NCBI GenBank assembly: GCA_951406725.2
Contig: OX597817.1
Coordinates: 43,028,001 to 43,092,000, forward strand
Source: Octopus vulgaris
Lineage: Eukaryota
Length of the DNA: 64,000 bases
Reading direction: 5' to 3'
The notes under the pieces are model-generated. The model saw only the letters and a program-made list of their open reading frames with translations. It did not search any database and was not told where the DNA came from. Positions 54,119 through 64,000 of this stretch are shown here, one piece after another (positions within the stretch are counted from its first letter, which is position 1; each line of letters starts with the position of its first letter). The translations under genes and the position numbers were made by a program.

Positions 54119-54360
54119 TACACACACACATACATACACACACATACATACATACACACATACATACATACATACATACATATACATACATACATATACA
54201 TACATACACACACACACATACACACACACACAGTATTGAAGCTTGAGAACAATCAGATACATTTGCAACACATCTGTTGAAAATATTATTGTTCACACAC
54301 ATACATATACATATATACATACAGACAGACAGACAGATAGACACACACACACACACACAT
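54045..54360. repeat. Compound (TACA)n/(CA)n microsatellite
   Basis: Seen directly. Confidence 0.95.
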
Positions 54361-54384
54361 GATCCAGCATGGCCACAACCTCAA

Positions 54385-54780
54385 GGCTGAAACATATAAA
54401 AGAATAACAGAATATAAATGTGTGCAAAGTACAAGAAATATTAATGCAGTATATGGGGATTGGACAATAAGCGTAAGGCAGTGTCAATGGTGGTTCCAGA
54501 AATCCCGAGCCATAAACTACAGCCTAGAAGACGAGCCTCATCCTGAAAGATCTGTAGAACTCGACAAGGACATCCTGAAAACCCTGGTGGAACAAAATCT
54601 CATCGTAACTGTTGAGGAACTAGCAGAGAAGCTTGGATTTGGTCATTCAACCATTCATTGAGTCCTGTGTGCTATCGGAAAAGTCAGCAAATTGGGTCAA
54701 TGGGTTCCTCACGAACTTTCCGAGTCTAATTGCATGCAGAGAGTGAATGTATGCTTTTCTTTGCTGTCACATCTCACCAC
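54385..54780 (+). mobile_element. Mariner transposase N-terminal fragment
   Basis: RNINAVYG..SVRQCQWWFQK..SLEDEP..ELAEKLG..GQWVPHEL with an internal stop. Confidence 0.85.
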
Positions 54781-54795
54781 TACTGCGCTATGTAT

Positions 54796-55429
54796 ATCTA
54801 TATATATAAAACTGTAGTTGTGTGAGTGTCTGTCCCCTTCGATTTAGATTCCTAACTACTCCCATATTTTGCGGTGCAGTTTAACCAAATTCGGGTAGCT
54901 TATAGTCGTGATTCATATCGAGCCCGTCTGAATATTAGCGCGCGTCTACGATGAGTCTACGATTTTAAAAATAATTTAACAATTTTTTATTCCATTTTAA
55001 TGCATAATTTTTCGTGTGTCGATGGCGGCGGAGTTGGCGTCCACGCTCACACCTGCACCTGTGGGGAAGGGAGTGTAAGGAAATCAACGTCGTAATGCGT
55101 TGTCAAGGAGACCAGTGTTCTTTTAGAACAACGACTTCATGGCTTGAAGACACCAAAACAGAAATGGCAAAGAAAGCGTCTACATGAGTCTACGATTTAA
55201 AAAAAAAATTACCATCGTTTTTTTTCCATTTTAATGCATTTTTTCGCTATTATATAAGGGAAGTAACTCTCTAAAAATGTCTACGATGAGTCAACGATTT
55301 TAATAAAATTTACCATCATATCTTTTCCATTTTTAATGCATTTTTTGCTATTTTTTTGCTATAACTCTCTAAAAATGCTTATATAGTTATTTCCCTTACA
55401 AACCCGAGCAACGCCGGGCGATACTGCTA

Positions 55430-55430
<1 letters not shown>
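54796..55430 (+). mobile_element. Non-autonomous Helitron (longer variant)
   Basis: Same termini as 53163-53559, with an extra internal segment of about 200 bp. Confidence 0.85.
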
Positions 55431-55466
<36 letters not shown>

Positions 55467-56354
55467 TGTAAATGTCACTTACATATGAGAACGAGATATA
55501 TAACATTAATTAATGTTGCTTAGCTGCGTTGTTTTGCCCCAGTTCAGCCTTGATAAAATGGATTAAAAGAGTTTGAGATCTAACCGTCATATTTTCCCTC
55601 GTCATAGCCTAGCTAGAATTACAATATCCAAAGTATCATTTCGTTTTTAAGACGGTAGAATATGAATTGAAAGAGATTTGATTCTAATTCTTGCAGCTCG
55701 TTTGACTCCCTCGTTTATGGTGATAATAATGTTCGACTGCTATTTCAAGCGAGGCGTGGAGATGCTCTCTTGCTTCGTAGCAGGTCAAGCGTGATCGATA
55801 TATGATCACAATTGTCTGTTGTATTTTGATCGGAAAAATGTCCTTTGAGGGAAATTTTGAAATATTTCTAACCGTTCAAACGACCATGTAATAGCTCCCT
55901 CTGCGGTTGATTTGGTTTTAACACTCATCTAAATACCCATACTTAATGCTTAACCTAGCGTAAGATCGCCCTTAACCTCGTTGCATTAACAGGTGGATAG
56001 CATTATAAAGAACTAAAATTCTTTGCAAACAATGATCTGTGACTTTTTCTTTCGTGAGTTTGCATTGGTTCTCCTTTATACACCTACAACCCTTAGTCGA
56101 TCTTGACCTACAACCCTTAGTCGATCTTGAAAACATTTTATTCGAAAAACTTGTTTACAACTTTGTAATTTTAAGAAATAAAAATATAACACAACAAACA
56201 CATTGTCAAGCCAACGAAAACACTGACGGAATCCCCAAATGCATTAATTGCTTATACATATAATAATTTAATATTATTTGCAGTATATAAAAGAAAAGCA
56301 TCATAAGAAAAAAAAAAAACAACAAAAGTTTAAGGTGCAATGTTGACAATAAAT

Positions 56355-56381
56355 CGCGGGAAAACCCTCTCAAGTCACGTG
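56355..56381 (+). promoter_or_regulatory. E2F site and E-box upstream of MSH6
   Basis: GCGGGAAA (TTTCCCGC on the - strand) and CACGTG about 90-115 bp upstream of the ATG; motif match only. Confidence 0.5.
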
Positions 56382-56470
56382 GTTTTTGACAACGCGGTAG
56401 ATTTTTGTGTGTATGTAATTTGGATTACAAATACATTCACTTGTGCCTTCGTTGACCGCAAGAAGTAAAC

Positions 56471-56657
56471 ATGGGGAAAGTCAACACGATATTTTCTTAC
56501 TTTTCAAAGACACCCAAGAAAACTACCGAGAATCAGGTGCTTTCTCCGAAGACTCCGAATAACTCAGGTAGCAATAGCAATGTACAAGCAGCATCTAACA
56601 ACACCACACCAACTAGTAGTAAAAAGACGAATGAGAAAAATGGCGAAAGTACTCCTG
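56471..56657 (+). CDS. MSH6: DNA mismatch repair protein MSH6, exon 1
   Basis: MGKVNTIFSYFSK PIP-like N-terminus; G|GTAAG donor. Confidence 0.82.
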
Positions 56658-59277
56658 GTAAGACAGAGATGAATTAGCTGTTTTATATTTGCTGTGATAA
56701 CAATTCATGTTTAATTTTCGTAAAAATATCAGTAGACATGATGTGGTTAGCCATACATTCGTTGTACAGCGTGTCAAGTAGCAATATATTTATCGATTAC
56801 CTGAGAGTGAAATAGAAACACGAGTAAATATAAAAAATATTTACAAATTTTCTATCATCTGTATCTATAAAATAAGTGATAAAATTTAAAATTTGTGTTG
56901 CCCTTAATATTTTGCTGACTTTAGTGGTAGCTTTAATTTTGCTTTAACTAAGTTTTCAACATAAAAAAATATAAAACTCCTTTTCTTGGACTCGAAGGAA
57001 GAATCGATATTTTAGTTTATTGCCTCGCAATCGGAGTTAATCTAGCAATTTTTGTCTGCTTTTTCGACTTTGTTTTAATACCATTTATTTTAACGAGAAT
57101 GGTTTTCTAAATATGACTGAAAACAACCTGCTGTCTGCAGTGAAAGGGTCTTTTAATTCGGTATCATACCCATGTGGTGTTGTTAAGTTAGGCATGTCTT
57201 GGGCCACTACAGGCCAAAACCAAAGTATGAAAACTTCCACAGTCGATACAAATCTAAAGGAATGCATGCAATGTTATAGAGAAGTAGTTCATTTGATAGT
57301 TTATAAAGGGTCGTAAAAGTTTTATTGTTAGTATCGCAGGCAGTGCCTCAGCACGGACTAAGTCGAATGACTGAAACTAGTTAATACCCTTAAATTTTCA
57401 TAGTTTATAGTAGCGGCGTAGCTAGAGTGTGTGATCCTGGGACAAGATCTTGATTTTGCTCTTCCGTCGGCAAACAGCCTATATAGGCCCAGAAGTGCTG
57501 CGACCATAAAACCGTCTCCTGGGGCGGACATCTCCTCCTCGTCATTACCCTACTGGGTTTATATAACCTTGTCATTAAGTATCATGGTCCCTTATATTTC
57601 GCTCTCCACATTCTGATGAATAATTGCCAACTTAATTGAAGTCTTCAAAAAGAAAAAAAAGCACATTTTTCAAGGAGAGGTGCGATTCTGCATTAGCCCC
57701 GTCTGTGAATTATATCATTTTCCTTTAGGCGAAATTCTGGTTTAAGCAGAATCTCTTTATACTATCATCATACTTATAAACTGTTGCGTGTAAGCAATAT
57801 AAATAAAATACCGGCATATACCTCGCTACATTCAGAAATATTTACGGTTTGAGAAACACCTTAATCCAAATTTATTCAGATAAAGTAATTAATATCAAAA
57901 ATTTGGATCCTGAATTTTTCTCTACTTACACACTAGGGATAGCTGCAAACTGCAGACTGTTTTAGTTTAAAGAGAATAAACGTATTCGGTGTCTTTAATT
58001 CATATGTCAGAAGAGAAACAGTTTTGAAATATATATCATTATATAGTTCAATCATTTTAGCATTGTAGTTATTGCCAGAGAAAGAACAACCTGTCCTCTC
58101 ATCCTCTCTTTTTACCTTACACTGACCCAAATTTTCCAGCCTCTACAAAACTTAGAAACCTACTAGCCAACGAGAAAGCTTCTAGGGGGTTACTCTATCT
58201 GCTAGAAATAGGACACATTGGATAATGTAGTTCTCGATACATAGTCTAGAAATAGACTGGGTGGTTACGTTTGGAATGCATTTGATTAAAGGGTTGATAA
58301 ATCAGAGCTGACATGGAACAAAACAAAAAACACACAGCTCCCATGTGAAGATGATATTGCAGTTACCTCTTCCCACAGCTAGCTCCCAACACAACTAAAA
58401 ATAGCAGCCACTAATTTCTACACCATACTGTCTTAATTGCTACATCAAATACAAGCAATCATGACACTGAACAATATAAACATGTCACATAGAAATACCA
58501 GGAATTACCTTCAGCTTCTTTACAACTTTCATCAGAATGAGACGATTGGTCGTGGCTGTTAGGAAGCTGATGATTTGGTATGGCTGACGGGACATTCAAC
58601 CTCTTTTGATGCTGGAGGAAAATGCATGTGCATGTAGAAATATACAAGTACAGATAGACATGTAGATAGATAGAGAGACATTACACATGCATACAAACGT
58701 TACTAGATGCTCACAGAGAGAGAGAGAGGCAATGAGAGAAGCATTAAAACAAGAGAAAACATTCTGACATCAAATAAATTAGTGACACCAAATAGGCAGT
58801 GCCAAAACGTCTTATGCTTAACTTTCACACAACAAAGTAAAAAGAAAGCAAAACAACAGACAGAAGCAGACAACACATTTCTCCAACACACACACAAACG
58901 CAAAATAATCTAAATATAAAAACAGTAATAAATCTATAAAGTGGAGGCACAGTGTTTAGGGCAGCGGACTCGCGGTCGAAGGATCGCAGTTTCGATTCCC
59001 AGACTGGGCGTTGTGTGTGTTTATTGAGCAAAAACACCTAAAAGCTGGCGACCTCTGTTGTACTCTTTTGCCCCCAACTTTCTTTCACTCTCTCTTCTTG
59101 TTTCTTGAGTAACGCTGTGACAGACTGGCGCCCCGTCCAGCTGAGGGAACACATACGCCACTGAAACCAGGAAACTGGACCCATGAGCCTGGCTAGGCTT
59201 GAAAAGGGCGCATAAAAAAAAAAAAATCTATAATAGATTATTTGGGCTATCTGGTGTCCCTCTCTTTTTAGCAATTA

Positions 59278-59442
59278 CTGTATTTTAACATGTATAAGGA
59301 ACCCCCTAATTTTTGGGGCTTAAAATTTGGTAAAAAGGTTTTGTAAGGGATTATAATACTATCCATGTATAAGAAACCCCCATATTTTTTAACCTAATTT
59401 TTGACAAAAAAAAAAGGGTTCCTTATACACATTAAAATATGG
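59278..59442. mobile_element. Short Tigger-like MITE
   Basis: TA-CTGTATTTTAACATGTATAAGGAACCC ... GGGTTCCTTATACACATTAAAATATGG-TA. Confidence 0.75.
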
Positions 59443-60533
59443 TAAATCTCAAACTTTAATGAAAACAAAACATCACATCATCAAAGCTGCACATGGATCA
59501 TTTTCAAAAATTCTCAAAATGAAATGCCACATGGATATGAGAAGAAGCACTTCCTTACAACTCAATATCCATACCATCACTTGTCCCAAACCAACATACA
59601 CCATCTCTTCTACTTAATCCATATAAATTAAAAATGAACGAAAATAGCGTCTATGTACCCTGTACCGGAATGCACACCATCATATATAAGTGTGAAACAG
59701 TTAGTTTAATAATCCAACTGAGTTCACATTCCTTCCGTTTGCTTTTTCATCACCAGCACTGGATACACAAAAGCAGATTAAGCTGAAGAAAGATATTTCT
59801 GTGGATTCACCCTTCAATTCTATCCAATCTTTGCAGTTGTTGTCTACCACCCATTCCCTGCCCCCATATACTTTTGCAATCCACCCCTATCTACTTCTAC
59901 ACACTTCATACCTTGAGGGGCCACCTGGATACTTTATCATCACTATCTCTGAAGCTCCAACTGATCATTCTCACTTCTCTCTACTTAAAGTGAGCAACCA
60001 TGCAGCTTCTCTACAAGAATCTGTTCTGCCCTCCCTCCACCTCTTATTTTAACCCCTCATCACCTGCCATAGACCTAGTTCCCCTCCCTAAGGGTTTGTA
60101 ACCTGGTGCTCCAGCATGGCCACAGACAAATGACTGAAACAAGTAAAAGAGAATATAGCATTTTGGGTTGTTTAATGTAGAATGAGATAGTGGAGTCATT
60201 ATTTTAATTATAAGGTTTCCTGAAATAGAACTAGGTTTTTTTCTTTTTCAGTTACAGTAACTTAAAGTTAAATGAACCAACAATGGCAATTTTTAGGAAT
60301 TCTACCAGTTTTCAGATAATTTCTGGACAATGGGATTCCTACCTTATGTAGAAAAATAAATACAATTAAAAAATGTTCTTAAGACAGATAATGTCTAGGT
60401 ATGATGCTGAGCTGAATGATCAGTTCATTTATAACAACACTTTTGATATATTGTTACCATGGAAACAGAATTTTTCTCTTGGTGTTTTCAATTAATTCAG
60501 TTCCTAATGATATATGTTTTTTTTTTCTTGCAG

Positions 60534-60702
60534 AATTTGAAGTTGGTGATATTGTATGGTCAAAGCTTGAAGGTTATCCATGGTGGCCTAGCATTGTATG
60601 CAACCATCCAACTTCTAAGGTTCACATCAAGAAAGGCAAAGTGACAGAGATTCATGTTCAATTCTTCGATGACCCAATTTCTAGAGCTTGGGTTAAAGCC
60701 AG
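60534..60702 (+). CDS. MSH6: MSH6 exon 2 (PWWP domain)
   Basis: FEVGDIVWSKLEGYPWWPSIVCNHP...IHVQFFDDPISRAWV. Confidence 0.92.
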
Positions 60703-61368
60703 GTAGATTTATTCATTTTGCTTGTTATTTTTATTATTTTGTTTCACTATTAAAGGTAAAGGTTACCTTCTTGAGTCAGGCCGACTCACAAGGGCCAGTT
60801 TCTATGATGTATAAATTCCCCACCTGGATGGGATGCCAGTCCATCGCAGTGTTTCACTATTGTCGTAGAACTCTTTACTCTTTTGCTTGTTTCAGTCATT
60901 TGACTGCGGCCATGCTGGAGCACTCCCTTTAGTCGAGCAAATTGACCCCAGGGCTTATTCTTTGTAAGCCTAGTACTTATTCTTTCGGTCTCTTTTGCCG
61001 AACCGCTAAGTTATGGGGATGTAAACACACCAGCATCAGTTGTCAATCGATGTTGGGGGGACAAACACAGACACACAAGCATACACACACACACACACAC
61101 ATATATATATGACGGGCTTCTTTCAGTTTCCGTCTACCAAATCCACTCACAAAGCTTTGGTCGGCCCAAGGCTATAGTAGAAGACAGGCAGTGGGACTGA
61201 ACCTGGAACCATGTGGTTCATAAGGAAGCTACTTACCACACAGCCACTCCTGTGCCTATTTATTCTTAATAAGGGCACCCATTTTATAAGCATACTCTTA
61301 TGACACCACCCTTCATTTCTCTCTCTCTCTCTTTCTCTAATCAGTTTTTATTCAATACTCCATTTTAG

Positions 61369-61562
61369 ATTTGTGAAGCCATTTACTGGGGCTGATGCCA
61401 AAGAAGCTAGAACTGGTGGCCAGTTTTTCTCAATGGATATGTCTCAAAGGAAAGCAACCAATGATGCTGACAAGGCAATGAAAATGACAAAAGAAGATAG
61501 ACTTGGGCTTATTACTGAACTTCAGCCGTCTGAAGATGAATTTGAAATGGATGACTTAGATG
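61369..61562 (+). CDS. MSH6: MSH6 exon 3
   Basis: FVKPFTGADAKEARTGGQFFS...ADKAM...RL; phases consistent with neighbouring exons. Confidence 0.88.
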
Positions 61563-62495
61563 GTGAGTTGGTCTTCAAATATCAGGTGTAATGATTCTTT
61601 TAGGCTGGTTTTTTAGATGGTGTGAGAAGGTTGTTGCAATGTGATTGGTAGCATAGACAATGTTTTAAAACAATTTTAGGTGATGTGTGTTAGGATGCAT
61701 TTGTTGCATTTTGGACAAAGAAGAGTGGTGATAACAATTCTGATGGAAGATTTGAAATCGTATCATGAAAATTGTTTGAAAACAATTGTTTGAAAGCAAT
61801 TATTCGAAAAACAGTTATTCGAAATGAATATCATTTGTGTACTTGATTTTTAATTTCATCATTTTTCATCATCATCATCATTATCATTGTTTAATGTCCG
61901 CTTTCCATGCTAGCATGGGTTGGACGATTTGACTGAAGTCTGGCGAACCAAATGGCTGCACCAGGCTCCAGTATTGATCTGGCAGTTTCTACAGCTGTAT
62001 GCCCTTCCTAACGTCAACCACTCCAAGAGTGTAGTAGTGTAGTGGGTGCTTTTACGTACTGCTGTCAGTCAAGCAGTACTGGCGACGGCCATGCTCAAAT
62101 GGTGCTTTTTATGTGCCACCTGCACAGGAGCCAGTTCAGCAGCACTGGCAACAACCTCATTCAAATATTTTGTCTAAATAAAATAAGAAATTTAGAATAA
62201 TAAACATTTCGTATAATTGTGTTTTTGAATAATTTCCATTCGAATAAATGTTTGTCAAATAATTGTTTTGGAACAATTATTTTTGAACAATATTCACATA
62301 ATCTTTGAAACAGTTTTCATGTTTGTTATAGAATCTTATGGAAAATGTGATTAGAAAATAAGGAAAGAATAAATATTTAAAGTCTTGTAAATGGTTACTG
62401 CAGGCCTATGAAAATGTTGATATTGGGTGTGGTGGACATTGGCATTCGTTTTTTTACATGTCACTTTATTGTTATTTTTTATATTGTTTTATTAG

Positions 62496-62587
62496 ATATG
62501 TTTGATGAAGAAATGGAAGAAGGTGATTCAGATAAGAGTAAGGAAAATTTGGATGTATCTAAAACAGTGAAAGAAAAGAGTTCTAAG
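62496..62587 (+). CDS. MSH6: MSH6 exon 4
   Basis: Acidic linker MFDEEMEEGDSDK; AG/GT boundaries in phase. Confidence 0.78.
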
Positions 62588-62879
62588 GTAGGATTTTAGA
62601 AAAACGTTGACTCTAGTTTACCTAACAGCCCAACCAAACAGCTTCTTTCTCCATGGTTGACCAGTGACTAATTTTTAATACATTTAATCACACCAACAAA
62701 ATCTTTTGTGACCATATTGTTATTAAATGAAGGTGCATGTTGTAGTGGTTTAAATATTCAGCTCATGATCACAGTGTCATGGGTTCAACTCCTGCACTGG
62801 GCAGCTTATGTCCTTGAGCAAGACACTTCATTTCATGTTGCTCCAGTCTAAAAACTAGTACCAGCCAATTGTTGGTGCA

Positions 62880-63130
62880 GCTCTCTCCTCCTCTCTCCCT
62901 TATGCTCTCCCTCCTCCTCTCCCTTATACTCTCTCTCCTCTCTCCCTTACGCTCTCTCTCCTCTCTCCCTTACGCTCTCTCTCCTCTCTCCCTTACGCTC
63001 TCTCTCCTCTCTCCCTTACGCTCTCTCTCCTCTCTCCCTTACGCTCTCTCTCCTCCTCTCTCCCTTACGCTCTCCCTCCTCCTCTGCCTTACGTTCTCCC
63101 TCCTCCTCTTCCTCCTCCTCTCTTCCCTAC
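62880..63130. repeat. Pyrimidine-rich minisatellite (CTCTCTCCTCTCTCCCTTACG)n
   Basis: Seen directly. Confidence 0.9.
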
Positions 63131-63654
63131 ACTCTTCTCACCTGTTTCCAAGCAAGGTGTTATTTCCCTATGCCCAAATAGGATTTTCATGGAAGACGAA
63201 GTGAATAACCATGCTTGTATGATGCTGCTGCTGCTCATTTATATCCATCATCTGATGTCTAGACAAGAGTACACACAAACACAACAGGTTTCTTTCAATT
63301 TCCATTTACCAAATCCACTCACAAAGCTTTGGTTGGAATGGAGCTATAGTAAAAAAAAAACTTGCTCAAGGTGCTATACAGTGATACTGAACTCAAGACC
63401 ACAGGGTTAGGAAGTAAGCTTTTTAATCATACAGCCACATTTGTGCCTATATCTGCTATATGTGCCATGTATCTATAGCCAGTATATTTTTGTTAAATAG
63501 AATGTGGACCTGTTTTTGATTATTAGTTAGGGGTGTTACTTTTTTTTTGCTTCAGTGTTCTTACATAGATGAATACATACATATCTGTTTTCTCTGTGTT
63601 TGAAATTTTATGTCAAACAATTCTTATAAGATTTTAATTTGCTTTATTTTGTAG

Positions 63655-63748
63655 TCCAAGGAAGATGAAAGCAAAAGTTCAAAGCCACCCAGACGTAATG
63701 CGAACAAAAGACGCAGAATTATTGTAGAAGCAGACAGTGGTGATTCCA
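63655..63748 (+). CDS. MSH6: MSH6 exon 5 (gene continues beyond the window)
   Basis: SKEDESKSSKPPRRNANKRRRIIVEADSGDS, containing an NLS-like KRRR; A|GTAAG donor. Confidence 0.78.
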
Positions 63749-64000
63749 GTAAGTTTCTAGCATACTGAATCTTTGTTACCTTCTTCTTGATACTTGAGAT
63801 ATGCCAATGTCTTTGACTAGTGTCTAACACTCATGAAGCACACTTGATTGACATTTGGTGGGGAAATGATTCATTATGGTCTCCGGTTCAGTCCCACTGC
63901 ATGGCACCTTATGCAAACAGCCTTTTGAGTGGATTTGGTAGATGGAAACTGAAAGAAACCTGTTGTGAGTGTGTGTGTTTGTTTGCCCCCTCCTGCCCCA

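Noticed and set aside
54002-54487. ORFs rich in CV/YV/HT dipeptides; similar cases at 4016-4383, 51801-52040 and 62869-63204
   Set aside because: Translations of micro- or minisatellites.
58920-59000. tRNA-like sequence with A and B boxes (also near 43097, 44675 and 62740)
   Set aside because: SINE heads that continue into repeat bodies and lack a complete cloverleaf.

Overview
AT-rich, repeat-dense animal genomic DNA. The SINE families resemble those of Octopus/coleoid cephalopods (inference from recalled repeat sequences). Genes: COMMD1 (- strand, exons 1-2; last exon not found, probably left of the window); an intron-containing tRNA-Lys(TTT); POLR2K/RPB12 (+, with a U12-type intron); and the 5' part of MSH6 (+, PIP-like N-terminus and PWWP domain). 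The most striking element is a - strand locus at about 23-40 kb. It starts at a TCT/5'TOP-like pyrimidine tract and encodes a ~152 aa GIY-YIG-like protein over four exons. Downstream of the stop codon lies a tandem array of nine box C/D snoRNA copies homologous to U16/SNORD16 (predicted guide for the 18S rRNA site equivalent to human Am484), partly expanded by recent ~1.49 kb duplications. The rest is transposon material: mariner remnants, an RTE LINE, a gypsy remnant, a Helitron/piggyBac nest at 48.7-55.4 kb, MITEs, SINEs and microsatellites. Coordinates were read by hand and no database search was run.
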